Below, in pieces: positions 1 through 10,551 of a stretch of 64,000 nucleotides of DNA. Below the pieces are notes generated by a model. That model did not search any database. It worked only from the letters and a program-made list of their open reading frames with translations, and was not told where the DNA came from. The stretch's first letter is position 1. Each line of letters begins with the position of its first letter. Made by a program: the position numbers and the translations under genes. The stretch lies in the NCBI GenBank assembly GCA_913040915.1, contig CAJWHW010000006.1:1-64000 (forward strand), read 5' to 3'. This stretch comes from an uncultured Fidelibacterota bacterium (GTDB lineage Bacteria > Fidelibacterota > Marinisomatia > Marinisomatales > UBA1611).

Positions 1-17
1 TTTTATTAATATTTGAA

Positions 18-779
18 ATGTTTAGACCACGTGTAATACCTATTCTGCTTCTGAAAGGGTTGGGTTTGGTAAAATCCATCCAATTCAAAGACCATAGATA
101 TATTGGTGATCCGATAAATGCAGTAAAAATTTTCAATGATTTAAAAGCAGATGAATTGGTGTTTTTGGATATTCTGGCTAGCAAAGAAAAAAGAACAATT
201 TTATTAGATTTTGTTCGAAATGTTGGTGATGAAGCCAATATGCCTTTTGCTGTAGGTGGCGGAATCCGTACGATTCAACAGATAAAGGAGATTCTTAATG
301 CTGGTGCGGAAAAAGTAATTATCAATTCCTATGCAGTAGAAAATCCATATTTTGTTAAACAGGCCTCAGATGAGTTTGGCAGTTCCACCATTGTGATTTC
401 TATCGATGTAAAAAAGAAAATTTTAGGTAAAAAACAGGTTTATACACTGGGTGGACGTAAAGCTACCGGCCTCGATCCAAGGGCATTTTCTAAACTGATG
501 GAGGATAAGGGAGCCGGTGAAATTATTATAAACTCTATTGAAAAAGATGGATTGATGACAGGTTATGATTTTGATTTGGTGAAAAAAGTGTCTAAAGTTG
601 TAACAATTCCGGTTGTAGCTGCTGGCGGTGCAGGAACTTTTTTTGATTTTTCTCAAGCTGTTAATTACTCATACGCTTCTGCTGTAGCAGCTGGTTCTCT
701 GTTTATATACCATGGTCCAAGAAATGCCATCTTAATTAATTATCCAGATAATACTGAATTAAAAAATATTTTTAAATGA
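18..779 (+). CDS. HisF-paralog (HisF2/WbuZ/AglZ-type) of a polysaccharide acetamidino-modification module
   Basis: HisF TIM-barrel motifs (RVIPILLL, YIGDPINAVKIFN, ADELVFLDI, GGGIR, GAGEI, AGS). The IGDPINAV signature and glycan-locus context fit the paralog. Confidence 0.85.
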   Translation: MFRPRVIPILLLKGLGLVKSIQFKDHRYIGDPINAVKIFNDLKADELVFLDILASKEKRTILLDFVRNVGDEANMPFAVGGGIRTIQQIKEILNAGAEKVIINSYAVENPYFVKQASDEFGSSTIVISIDVKKKILGKKQVYTLGGRKATGLDPRAFSKLMEDKGAGEIIINSIEKDGLMTGYDFDLVKKVSKVVTIPVVAAGGAGTFFDFSQAVNYSYASAVAAGSLFIYHGPRNAILINYPDNTELKNIFK

Positions 780-1894
780 GATTATTATTTGCTCTCAATC
801 ATCCTGCACATTATTATTTATTTAAATATATTATTAAAGGTTTTCGTGACAATGGGCATGAAGTAGTATTAGTAATAAGACAAAAAGATATTCTAGAAAA
901 ACTACTAAAAAGTGAAGGCCAAGATTATATTAAAATAAATGAAAAGAAAAAAAGGGATTCTAATACTGTATCTATAATCCTCAATAGTATGTTTGAACTT
1001 GTCATCCAAAACCTAAACCTCTTAAAACAAGTTCGGAAATTCAAGCCCCAAATTTTATTAGGAACAGATATTTCTATTACTCATATAGCTAAGTTAATAA
1101 ATATACCTTCATTTGTTTATAATGAAGATGATTTTGAGATCAATAGATTATTTTGTTTTAGTTCATATCCTTTTACGGATTATATTATTGCACCTATTTA
1201 TACATCAGTTGGCCCATATAAAAAAAAGAAAATCTCTTATAATGGAATCCAAAAAATGTCTTACCTAAATCCAAAATATTTCTTACCTAATAATAATATT
1301 CTTAAAGAACTAAAAATAAAAGGAAAACAAAATTATTTTATTATTAGGTTAGTAAGTCTGACTTCGGTACATGATGTTGAGGGCAATCATAAAGGAATCA
1401 ATAATAATCTATTAAGAAAAATCATTAATAAATTAAATAAAATAGGTAAAGTTTTTATAAGTACCGAAGGCACTTTCCCAGTCGATTTAAAGCCTTATGA
1501 ATTAAAGATAGCTCCAAATAAAATGCATGATCTTATGTATTATGCAAGTTTATTTATTGGAGATAGTCAATCAATGTGTGCTGAATCAGGAATATTGGGA
1601 ACACCATTTATTAGATTTAATGATTTTGTTGGTAAAATAGAGTACTTAAATGATTTGGAAAATAATTATAAATTAGGTTGGGGGGTGAGAACTCGTGAAC
1701 CTGAAAAGATATTCTCAATTATTGATCAATTATTTAATAATCCAAACTACAAAAAAAAATGGGCAGAGAAAAAAGACCGCCTTTTCAAAGAAAAGATTGA
1801 TTTGACGTCTTTTTCAATTTGGTTGATTGAGAATTATCCATCATCTATAAAGGTTGTTCAAAAGAACCCCAATTATCAGTTTAATTTTAAATGA
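776..1894 (+). CDS. DUF354 family protein (GT-B-like, LpxB-related)
   Basis: N-terminal HPAHYYLFK, IGDSQSMCAESGILGTP and YLNDLE motifs; ATGA overlaps with both neighbours. Confidence 0.75.
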   Translation: MRLLFALNHPAHYYLFKYIIKGFRDNGHEVVLVIRQKDILEKLLKSEGQDYIKINEKKKRDSNTVSIILNSMFELVIQNLNLLKQVRKFKPQILLGTDISITHIAKLINIPSFVYNEDDFEINRLFCFSSYPFTDYIIAPIYTSVGPYKKKKISYNGIQKMSYLNPKYFLPNNNILKELKIKGKQNYFIIRLVSLTSVHDVEGNHKGINNNLLRKIINKLNKIGKVFISTEGTFPVDLKPYELKIAPNKMHDLMYYASLFIGDSQSMCAESGILGTPFIRFNDFVGKIEYLNDLENNYKLGWGVRTREPEKIFSIIDQLFNNPNYKKKWAEKKDRLFKEKIDLTSFSIWLIENYPSSIKVVQKNPNYQFNFK

Positions 1895-2991
1895 AATCAT
1901 TAATCAATATAGTCTCGGTAGTTGGAGCTAGACCTAATTTTATTAAAGTTGCTCCTTTGGATAAAGAATTTGATAAATATAAAGAAAAATTTTGCCATAA
2001 AATTTGTCATACTGGACAACATTTTGACGAAAATATGTCTAAAGTTTTTTTTGAAGACTTAGATTTGCCTGAACCCGATTATTATTTAGGTGTTGGAAGT
2101 GGATCACATGCTGTTCAAACAGCCAAAATTATGATAGAATTTGAAAAAGTTTTGAAGAAGGAAAATCCGGACTTAATTATAGTCTTTGGTGATATTAATT
2201 CTACTATGGCCTGTAGTATTGTCGCTTCAAAATTGAATATAAAAATAGCTCATGTTGAATCAGGTTTAAGAAGCTTTGATAGAGGAATGCCAGAGGAGAT
2301 AAATAGAATAATTACTGATAAATTATCTGATTTACTTTTTGTTTCAGAAGAAAGTGGTTTAAATAATCTAGCTAAGGAAGGGGTTAACGAATCAAAAATA
2401 TTTTTTGTTGGAAATATCATGATAGATAGTCTCGTGAAATATTGGGATAAAATTGAGAATTCAAAAATTGTAAAAAAGTATAAACTAAAGAAGAATGATT
2501 ATGTTTTAGCTACATTCCATAGACCCTCAAACGTTGATTCAGACTCTGATATTAAATCTCTAATTAGCCTTTTAAATGAAATATCTAATAGAAAAAAAGT
2601 CATTTTCCCTATTCATCCAAGAACGTTAAAAAAGATTGAGGAAATCAAAATTATTAATAGAATAAATTCTAATATAATTGTTACAGATCCTCTGGGCTAT
2701 TTTGATTTTCTTTGTTTAACAAAAAATGCGCTAATTGTTATTACTGATAGCGGTGGCATACAAGAGGAATCTACATTTATGAATGTCCAATGTATAACTA
2801 TGAGAAATAACACAGAACGTCCGGTTACAATTGATATTGGAACTAATCAATTGGCTGGGTCTAATACTCTTTCAGTTAAAAAAATTGCTAATAATATTTT
2901 TGATGGGAACATTAAAAATGGTCAAATTCCAAAGTTATGGGATGGCAAAACTGCTCAAAGAATTGTTGATGTTCTACTAAAGAAATTTTAA
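1891..2991 (+). CDS. wecB: UDP-N-acetylglucosamine 2-epimerase (non-hydrolysing)
   Basis: GARPNFIK, HTGQH, GDINST, HVESGLRS, MPEEINR, TDSGGIQEE, NTERP, WDGK motifs. Confidence 0.95.
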   Translation: MKSLINIVSVVGARPNFIKVAPLDKEFDKYKEKFCHKICHTGQHFDENMSKVFFEDLDLPEPDYYLGVGSGSHAVQTAKIMIEFEKVLKKENPDLIIVFGDINSTMACSIVASKLNIKIAHVESGLRSFDRGMPEEINRIITDKLSDLLFVSEESGLNNLAKEGVNESKIFFVGNIMIDSLVKYWDKIENSKIVKKYKLKKNDYVLATFHRPSNVDSDSDIKSLISLLNEISNRKKVIFPIHPRTLKKIEEIKIINRINSNIIVTDPLGYFDFLCLTKNALIVITDSGGIQEESTFMNVQCITMRNNTERPVTIDIGTNQLAGSNTLSVKKIANNIFDGNIKNGQIPKLWDGKTAQRIVDVLLKKF

Positions 2992-3147
2992 TTAAACTAT
3001 TTAAAAATGAATTAACTGAAGAAAATATTTAGGATTCTATCTACCTCTAAACCAGTTAATTTCAATTAAGGTTTTCAATATCATTCCATCCATATATTCA
3101 TTCACCATTATTAAATGCTATTTTTAACAAGTACAACTTCCATTTAG

Positions 3148-5043
3148 ATGCTTTATCATCTATTTAATATTTTCGTCTCTGCATTAGCTTATTTTGGAGT
3201 ATTTTACTTCCATAGTGGATATATATATCTCCACAATAGCTATTCTTTATTTTTCCCAATTTATTTAGCTGTTTCCTTTTTATTCTCTATTTACTTTACT
3301 CCCAAAAACTATGTATTAAAGGATAGAACCCAATCAACTATACTGCAATTTATTTTTACCATTTTCAGTCTGAGTCTGGTGGTATCTTTGAGTGATTATT
3401 TTAATATTCCCCGTTATTTTATTTTCCTTGTTGTAGTTGTTCCCGTAGCCATCCGCTGGCTGATGGGATTTTATCACCATGATCCAAATAAAATTGACCA
3501 AGGTCTTAATTCTGCCAGGTCCAACTTTCAGTTTAAAAGGCTAAGTACCAGTTTTATTTTATTGATACTGGCATTTATCATTGCACTTTATTTCAAGACA
3601 GGCCGTATTGGCTATTATATTTGGTTAGAGAAGATAGTATTATTATTGATCGGCCTCTGGTGGGTTTCCAGCCATGTTACCCGGAAATTTTACGCATTGA
3701 ATGATCAGAATATTTATTATAAAATTGCTCCAATAATCAAATCCCAGGCCCTATTTCTATTATTTTCGTCTGGTATCTATTATTTTTTTAAATTGGATTT
3801 TCTTAGTCGACAATTATTTTTTGGAACGATTGGCGTATTTTCGCTTTTTGAAACAACTGTATTTTTAATTTTATTTATGAATAGAAAATCAAAGTCAAAC
3901 TTATACACTTATGAACCCTATATAATGGATCAGAATATACCATTCATCCCTGACGCGAATGGAAAAGTTATTCAGTCATTTGCAAAAAGTTGCTTATCGA
4001 AGATGCATCATTTTATTAAAGATGAAAGATTAATACGTTTTATAGATAATACATATAAATGTACTCAAAAGGAATGCAATCTGGATTCTTTTTTATATTT
4101 AACAACTAAAAAATTGGAAAATTTCCAGGGTATAAAAGACGAATCGCAATGTATATTGGTTAATATAACCTCCATAAATAATATTCTATCTATCAATCCC
4201 TTTTTACTGACCATGCGTCAAAAGATACAATCCGACGGTGTTCTGGTCGGTTCTTTCTCTCCTATGGAAGAGGATTATAAAAGGCTTAGAGATAAAATGC
4301 CCCGATTTTTATACACGCTGATTATCCCACTCCATTTTTTATTATATCGCATCTTCCCAAAAATCCCCATTATCAGTATTGTCTATGACTTCATTACACA
4401 GGGCAGGGGCAGGTTCCTGTCCAAAGCGGAAGTGTATGGCCGGCTCAGTTATTGCGGGTTTAAATTAATGGATTCAATTATGATTGATCATAAATTGTTC
4501 TTTATTGCCCAGCGTAAAGAATCAATTTCTACTGAACCAAACCCTTCTTTTGGCCCACTGGTTAAGCTTAAACGTGTAGGTTACGAAAATGAGATCGTTA
4601 CCATTTACAAATTCAGGACTATGCATCCTTATAGTGAATTCATCCAAAAGGACCTTTTTGATAAAAATAGCTTAACCGTTACAGGGAAATTCAAGGATGA
4701 TTTTCGCATTACATCTTGGGGCAAGGTATTCAGAAAATTATGGATAGATGAACTACCACAAATTTATAATTGGCTACGAGGTGATATATCCTTAATAGGT
4801 GTAAGAGCATTGAGCCAACATTATTTCTCTTTATACCCTAAGGATCTACAAAAATTACGAGTTCAATTTAAACCAGGGCTAATACCGCCTTATTATGCCG
4901 ATATGCCAAAGAATTTTGATGAGATTATTTTAAGTGAAAAACGATACTTAAATAAAAAAATCCAGAGTGGATTTTTAACCGATCTAATTTATTTTCTAAA
5001 TGCTTTAAATAACATTGTTTTTAAAGGTGCCAGAAGTCAATAG
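3148..5043 (+). CDS. Polyprenyl-phosphate sugar (priming) transferase with extended membrane N-terminus
   Basis: C-terminal Bac_transf motifs YKFRTM, DFRIT, RKLWIDELPQ, GVR, KPGL; about eight hydrophobic segments at the N-terminus. Confidence 0.85.
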   Translation: MLYHLFNIFVSALAYFGVFYFHSGYIYLHNSYSLFFPIYLAVSFLFSIYFTPKNYVLKDRTQSTILQFIFTIFSLSLVVSLSDYFNIPRYFIFLVVVVPVAIRWLMGFYHHDPNKIDQGLNSARSNFQFKRLSTSFILLILAFIIALYFKTGRIGYYIWLEKIVLLLIGLWWVSSHVTRKFYALNDQNIYYKIAPIIKSQALFLLFSSGIYYFFKLDFLSRQLFFGTIGVFSLFETTVFLILFMNRKSKSNLYTYEPYIMDQNIPFIPDANGKVIQSFAKSCLSKMHHFIKDERLIRFIDNTYKCTQKECNLDSFLYLTTKKLENFQGIKDESQCILVNITSINNILSINPFLLTMRQKIQSDGVLVGSFSPMEEDYKRLRDKMPRFLYTLIIPLHFLLYRIFPKIPIISIVYDFITQGRGRFLSKAEVYGRLSYCGFKLMDSIMIDHKLFFIAQRKESISTEPNPSFGPLVKLKRVGYENEIVTIYKFRTMHPYSEFIQKDLFDKNSLTVTGKFKDDFRITSWGKVFRKLWIDELPQIYNWLRGDISLIGVRALSQHYFSLYPKDLQKLRVQFKPGLIPPYYADMPKNFDEIILSEKRYLNKKIQSGFLTDLIYFLNALNNIVFKGARSQ

Positions 5044-5102
5044 TAAAAACAATCTTAATATATTTCTAAAAATATATTTCTTATTAAAATAATGTTACTG
5101 AA

Positions 5103-6479
5103 ATGATGTATGTTTATATTTTAGTTTATATCATAATTAATCTAATCAATTATGTTAAATCGCAAGAGATACCAACAGAATTTATTGAGAATGAAGTATT
5201 AGAGTATTCTTTCAATCTAGGTAAAAATTGGGATAGGAATACCACTCTTGGTTTGAACCGGTATTCGTATACCGATAAATTTAACAATATCAATTTTTCG
5301 ATTATTAATTCAAGGATCGGTATTCATACAATAAATGGATCGATTGCAATTTTTGGATATGGTAATTTTCAATATAATAATTTTTATTGTTTTATTTATC
5401 CTCGTATTGTGAATGATGTAACTGCGTTTGCTCGCTACTCCGGTATCCAAAGAGAGATAGACCGGACCGGATTTATTTCAGGAGAGACTGATCTTTCTGG
5501 TATTGGCTATGAAAATGAGTGGCTTATGGTTCAGTGGGGACGAGGAAGGGAAGAATGGAGTAGTGGGGAAGGCATATCTCTAGCTTTGAGTAATAATTCA
5601 TCCGCATATGACTATGGGGCACTAAAATTGTCATTTAATTCAGTTAGAGTTAAATACCTTCATGGCTTTTTAGAAAGTTTAGAAAATGGAGTGAACCGAT
5701 ACATTACTGCTCGTGGAATAGAATACACAAATAAGGAGTCATTAATTTTTGGTTTTTCTGAAGTAGTTATTTATTCTGGTGAAAATAGACCATTTGATAT
5801 AGGATATATGAACCCTATTTCTACTCATTTAGAAATTGAATTAAATGACCGCTTAAATAAAATAGGGTACAATCATGCTAATGCTGTTTGGCAGGCTAGT
5901 CTTGACTGGATGGCAAATAATAAGGTTAGAGTTTCCGGTAATATTTTATTTGATGAATTTGTCATTGATGATATTCAAAAAAATGCAGGCAAAGAACATG
6001 GTCTAGCCTATTCTGCTCGGGTTTCATATAGTCCTGTACATTCAGAAAATGTTAGTATTTCTGCATATGTACAACATATTAAGGTTGGTACTTCTACCTT
6101 CAGGCACGGAAATGGCACAAATAATTTTGTGATTAGGGAAAAACCCCTGGGTTGGCATCATGGTAGTGATGGCTTGGAATCTATGATTGGCATAAAAGTA
6201 AATTATAAAGATTCAATGTTGGCAGATATCAACATGGGGCAAAGAGAGACAGGTGATGAATCCATTTTATCTAACCCTTATATTCCATATATCGATTATT
6301 TATCAGGTCCGTTCCCTAGTGGCAATGTTGAAAAAAATATTTTTTTATTTTCCACTTTTAAATGGCATTGGAAACCATGGGTAAGATTTGAAAGTAGAAC
6401 GGATTGGTCTAAAGACGATGGTCTTGAAATATCCGCAGGTGTATTTTTATTTTTACCTAAAATGTTTGTTATTAAATAA
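5103..6479 (+). CDS. Capsule assembly Wzi-family outer-membrane protein
   Basis: QWGRGREEW, ALS, FSEVVIYSG, YMNP, FDEFVID, PLGW motifs resemble Wzi; last gene of the glycan locus. Confidence 0.65.
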   Translation: MMYVYILVYIIINLINYVKSQEIPTEFIENEVLEYSFNLGKNWDRNTTLGLNRYSYTDKFNNINFSIINSRIGIHTINGSIAIFGYGNFQYNNFYCFIYPRIVNDVTAFARYSGIQREIDRTGFISGETDLSGIGYENEWLMVQWGRGREEWSSGEGISLALSNNSSAYDYGALKLSFNSVRVKYLHGFLESLENGVNRYITARGIEYTNKESLIFGFSEVVIYSGENRPFDIGYMNPISTHLEIELNDRLNKIGYNHANAVWQASLDWMANNKVRVSGNILFDEFVIDDIQKNAGKEHGLAYSARVSYSPVHSENVSISAYVQHIKVGTSTFRHGNGTNNFVIREKPLGWHHGSDGLESMIGIKVNYKDSMLADINMGQRETGDESILSNPYIPYIDYLSGPFPSGNVEKNIFLFSTFKWHWKPWVRFESRTDWSKDDGLEISAGVFLFLPKMFVIK

Positions 6480-6485
6480 TTGGAC

Positions 6486-6518
6486 AAAAAAAGCGACTGA
6501 TTCCAGTCGCTTTTTTTT
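6486..6518. terminator. Bidirectional intrinsic terminator
   Basis: A7-GCGACTG-ATTC-CAGTCGC-T8 between convergent genes. Confidence 0.9.
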
Positions 6519-6542
6519 AGGTAATTTTTTACTTTAGTGAAA

Positions 6543-7451
6543 TTAAAGATTATAATCTAATCTAATTGCGACTCCTCCCCAATAGGTGGCACTACCATAT
6601 TTCAAATCAGAGCTCATGAATCCTTCTCCACCTATAAGAATATTAAAAGGAAGATTTAGACCTTTTTTCATCATATTTTCAAGTGAAATACCAGCGAAGC
6701 CTCTAAGTCCTGTAGCATCACCAACTAGACCAACATGACCTTCAGAAAATACAAGTCTAGCTAAGGTTAGATTTCCGCCTACACCTATTGCAAGGGGTGT
6801 GAATTCTTCACCTGTATTATGTTTCGCGGGGTAGGCACCAACTGTAGCACTTAACCCAAACCTGAGACTACCAAGATCAAAGCCCCACGGTGTAGTTATT
6901 ACTAAACTTCCACCCACTGGTATTTTATCAAAAAAGCTTCCTTGAACCAGTCCTGCGCTTCCAGAAATACCAATATTAAAACCAGGACCTTTATTTACAT
7001 AATGTTCTTCTTCAGAATTTGTTGTATCAGCAACAACGGCAGTTGCATCTCCAGCAGGAGTAGTATCAGCATCGACTGTACTTTCACCACCTTCTGAATC
7101 TAATTCTAATCCTAGCTCTGCAGCCATCTTTCTTTTTGCTTCATCAGCTGCAGCTTGTGCAGCAGCGTCAAGTTCAGCTTCTTCTGCTGCCTGCTTTTCA
7201 GCAAGTTTCCTAGCTTCTTCTTCTTCTTTTTTCCGTTTTGCTGCTTGCCGTGCTTCCTTAGCCGCTTTTTGAGCGGCGGCTTCGACTGCCGCTTCCTTAA
7301 GGGCTTCAGCTTCAGCGGCAGCTTTGTCAGCTGCTTCCTTTGCTTGCCGAGCTTTTTCTATTGGATCCACTTCTGTTTCAGATTGGGCAAAAGTGATGCC
7401 TAAAATTATTGTGCCTGCTAGCATATATTTAAATATTGACTTTATGATCAT
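6543..7451 (-). CDS. Hypothetical exported protein: Ala/Glu/Lys coiled coil plus predicted C-terminal beta-barrel
   Basis: Signal peptide (…ITFA|Q), about 90-aa A/E/K-rich stretch, acidic Thr linker, Gly-rich amphipathic strands ending RLDYNL. Confidence 0.6.
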   Translation of the reverse strand: MIIKSIFKYMLAGTIILGITFAQSETEVDPIEKARQAKEAADKAAAEAEALKEAAVEAAAQKAAKEARQAAKRKKEEEEARKLAEKQAAEEAELDAAAQAAADEAKRKMAAELGLELDSEGGESTVDADTTPAGDATAVVADTTNSEEEHYVNKGPGFNIGISGSAGLVQGSFFDKIPVGGSLVITTPWGFDLGSLRFGLSATVGAYPAKHNTGEEFTPLAIGVGGNLTLARLVFSEGHVGLVGDATGLRGFAGISLENMMKKGLNLPFNILIGGEGFMSSDLKYGSATYWGGVAIRLDYNL

Positions 7452-7566
7452 TATAGTACCTTATTTTATGTTACGTATAAACCCGTATAGGTAAAAAACT
7501 TAGAAGAAAAATACTATTCTTACAAGTATTTAAATTCTTTATCTATAATTAAATTTATGTTAATAA

Positions 7567-8112
7567 ATGATGTCTAATTTAAAAGAAATTAAACTGTACT
7601 CTCAATCTATATTTAAAGGTTGTTTATTAGATGTTCGAAAAGATTCTATCCAACTTCCAAATGGGAAAAAATCTACTCGTGAATGGATTAACCATCCCGG
7701 GGCTGTTTGTTGTATTCCAATACTACCAGATGGAAAATTAGCTCTTATTAAACAGTATCGGTATCCGGTACAATCTGAAATGATTGAATTTCCTGCCGGT
7801 AAACTAGACCCCAATGAAAACCCGGAAGATTGTGCTCTAAGAGAATTACAGGAAGAAATTGGATATCATACAAATAAACTAACTTTTCTAACAATCATTC
7901 ATCCTGCCATTGGGTTTGCCAATGAGAAAATGTGGCTTTATCTTGCAGAAGAACTGGTAGAGTCTCAAAAAAAATTAGATTCGGATGAATTTGTTGAATT
8001 AATACCAACAGAAATGGATAAAGCCTTGAATATGGTTTGGGATGGTAAAATTACCGATGTGAAAACAATTATCGGACTTTTATGGTTAGAAAAACTTAAA
8101 TTTCGAAAATAG
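7567..8112 (+). CDS. NUDIX hydrolase (ADP-ribose pyrophosphatase-like)
   Basis: Nudix box GKLDPNENPEDCALRELQEEIGY; QYRYP; DVKT. Confidence 0.9.
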   Translation: MMSNLKEIKLYSQSIFKGCLLDVRKDSIQLPNGKKSTREWINHPGAVCCIPILPDGKLALIKQYRYPVQSEMIEFPAGKLDPNENPEDCALRELQEEIGYHTNKLTFLTIIHPAIGFANEKMWLYLAEELVESQKKLDSDEFVELIPTEMDKALNMVWDGKITDVKTIIGLLWLEKLKFRK

Positions 8113-8121
8113 AATTTTTGA

Positions 8122-10551
8122 ATGAAAGGCTTCTCTCTTTTTTTTCTATTATCCTTTCTGGTTGGGAAAAATCATTCATCAATAAGTGGTTTTGTTCGTG
8201 AGAAGGCATCCGGTGAACCAATTTCCTATGCAAATGTTTTTATTTCAAATTCTAATTTAGGCGCTGCTACAAACCAAGATGGATATTTTGTTATCCCAAA
8301 AATTCCAGTTGGAGACATTGAATTAAATGTTTCCATGATTGGTTATAGTATTTATCAAGAGCAATTAATGCTCTTCGAAAGTGAGCCTATACGTCTTGAG
8401 ATTCAATTGATAGAAGAAGTAATCCAGACTGATGAAATTTTAGTTACGGCAGAAAGACAGAAATTTGAAAAATCCATAGAAAGTAGTCAAATTTCATTGA
8501 ATTTGAGAGAGATCAATTCAGCACCAGCATTTGTAGAGCCTGATGTTTTTCGCACTTTGCAGATGCTCCCTGGTGTACAGACTACTAGTGATTTTTCAAG
8601 CGCTCTATATGTGCGAGGTAGTACACCTGATCAAAACTTAATAATGTTAGATGGTATTGCTGTTTACAACCCGTATCACCTTGGTGGAATTTTTTCTACC
8701 TTTAATACTGATGCCATTAAAGAAGCTGATTTTCATGCAGGTGGTTTTCCAGCCCGGTATGGCGGAAGGATGGGGGCAATACTAAATGTTATAAATAGGG
8801 AAGGTAATTCACAAAAAATTACCGGCTCAGCAAATTTATCTCTGATTTCTAGTAAAGGGCTTTTAGAAGGGCCAATCCCCAAATGGAAAGGTGTTAAAGG
8901 TTCTTGGATGATCTCTGGTAGGCGCACATATTTTGATACTGTAATTAATGCTTTACAAATTCCTACCGGTGAACAAAAAAGTGATGGTTCGGATGTCTAC
9001 TTTGAATTTCCCTATTATTTTTATGATTATCAGGTCAAGACTAATTTAGATCTAAATCAGAATCATCGGTTAACCTATTCAAGGTTTTATGGTGATGATG
9101 TATTAGATTTTTCCTGGAATGACAATGAGCAGACCAGTAATGAAAATGTAAATATACAATCTGAATATAAAACGAGTATTAATTGGCCGTGGGGGAATCA
9201 TACCAACGGCCTTACCTGGCGCTGGATTATATCTCCGGCAGTAGTTGCAAAAACATTTTATTCAAACAGTTTTTACCGCTTTGATTTTGATTTGTCATTT
9301 GAAGACAAAAATACCTACAACTATGCTGATTCAACTGTTGTTTATTTTACCAATTTTAATTTTGATATATATGATATTATAAATGACCATACACTAGAAA
9401 CTGAGATTGCTTGGAAAATTAGTGATAAACAGGAAGTCACAGGGGGGTTACAATACAAAAAAGTTAAATTTAATTTAGGCATTGATTTTAAATTGATAGA
9501 TCAAGATACTGCATTTACATACAGCCCCTTGTCCATTCAAGATACAACTAGAGAATTTTCATTTTTTTTCCAGAATAAATGGCACTTTACAGAAAAATTA
9601 AAATTCCAGGGCGGCATGCGTTTAACAGATTATCTATTGCATGACGGACTCTATGTGGATCCCAGACTAGGAGCTAAATTCCATTATTCTGATAATATTG
9701 CTTTAAAGCTGAATTGGGGTTACTACCATCAGTTTTTAACAACAGCAAATAATCAGGATGAAAACCTAAGACTAGTAGAACTTTGGTTAGGTATTCCTGA
9801 AGATAAACCTGCCAGTATCTCTGAACATTTAATAGCTGGTTTGGAATACATGTCACCAAAAAACATTTTCTATCGTTTTGAATTATATCGAAAGAATTTT
9901 GAAAATTTATTAACATTGAAACAGGATGCCTTAAATACAATTGAAGGTGAATCTGATTCATCTTCTACTAATGAATTTTGGGATACAAAAGGCAATAGCT
10001 GGGGTGCAGAATTTCTATTGAAGAAATCCTCTGGAAGATTGAATGGATGGATAGGCTACACCTACGCACAAGCAAAATATTACACGGAGCCCAGTGGCTG
10101 GCATTTTCCAAATTTTGATCGAACTCATACTCTGAATATTGTAACAAGTTTTGAATTAACGCAGGACTTGGAAATAAATACTTCTCTCACTAATTCCAGT
10201 GGTAATCCATATACAAAAATTCTGGGACGAGCATATGACTGGCGCCAGAATTTGAACAGTAACACATTCTGGTATCCTATGGATAGTTATATTGTTGGTG
10301 AAAAAAATACTCAGCGTTATGAAGATTACTTCAGAGTTGATATTGGTATGATTCGAAAGGGCGGTAACCTATTTGGTCTAGAATATGATACTTACTGGCA
10401 AATTATGAATCTGACCCGCCATTTAAATATTTTAAGTTATAATTACAGGACAAAGACGGATCCGTTTACTGGAGACCAGCTGGGTGTAGAGCGAAGAGCA
10501 ACCCCAATGTTTCCTCTCATATTCACATTTGGAGTTAAGTTTGAATTTTAG
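8122..10551 (+). CDS. TonB-dependent receptor with N-terminal CarboxypepD_reg-like domain
   Basis: Plug motifs LPGV, YVRGS, QNLIMLDG, YNPYH, GFPARYGGR; C-terminal GVKFEF. Confidence 0.9.
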   Translation: MKGFSLFFLLSFLVGKNHSSISGFVREKASGEPISYANVFISNSNLGAATNQDGYFVIPKIPVGDIELNVSMIGYSIYQEQLMLFESEPIRLEIQLIEEVIQTDEILVTAERQKFEKSIESSQISLNLREINSAPAFVEPDVFRTLQMLPGVQTTSDFSSALYVRGSTPDQNLIMLDGIAVYNPYHLGGIFSTFNTDAIKEADFHAGGFPARYGGRMGAILNVINREGNSQKITGSANLSLISSKGLLEGPIPKWKGVKGSWMISGRRTYFDTVINALQIPTGEQKSDGSDVYFEFPYYFYDYQVKTNLDLNQNHRLTYSRFYGDDVLDFSWNDNEQTSNENVNIQSEYKTSINWPWGNHTNGLTWRWIISPAVVAKTFYSNSFYRFDFDLSFEDKNTYNYADSTVVYFTNFNFDIYDIINDHTLETEIAWKISDKQEVTGGLQYKKVKFNLGIDFKLIDQDTAFTYSPLSIQDTTREFSFFFQNKWHFTEKLKFQGGMRLTDYLLHDGLYVDPRLGAKFHYSDNIALKLNWGYYHQFLTTANNQDENLRLVELWLGIPEDKPASISEHLIAGLEYMSPKNIFYRFELYRKNFENLLTLKQDALNTIEGESDSSSTNEFWDTKGNSWGAEFLLKKSSGRLNGWIGYTYAQAKYYTEPSGWHFPNFDRTHTLNIVTSFELTQDLEINTSLTNSSGNPYTKILGRAYDWRQNLNSNTFWYPMDSYIVGEKNTQRYEDYFRVDIGMIRKGGNLFGLEYDTYWQIMNLTRHLNILSYNYRTKTDPFTGDQLGVERRATPMFPLIFTFGVKFEF

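Noticed and set aside
18..779. Histidine-biosynthetic hisF
   Set aside because: The IGDPINAVKIFN signature and glycan-locus context fit the polysaccharide-modification paralog.
7155..7403. Phe/Cys/Ser-rich 82-aa ORF
   Set aside because: Antisense shadow of the A/E/K low-complexity region of the real gene.
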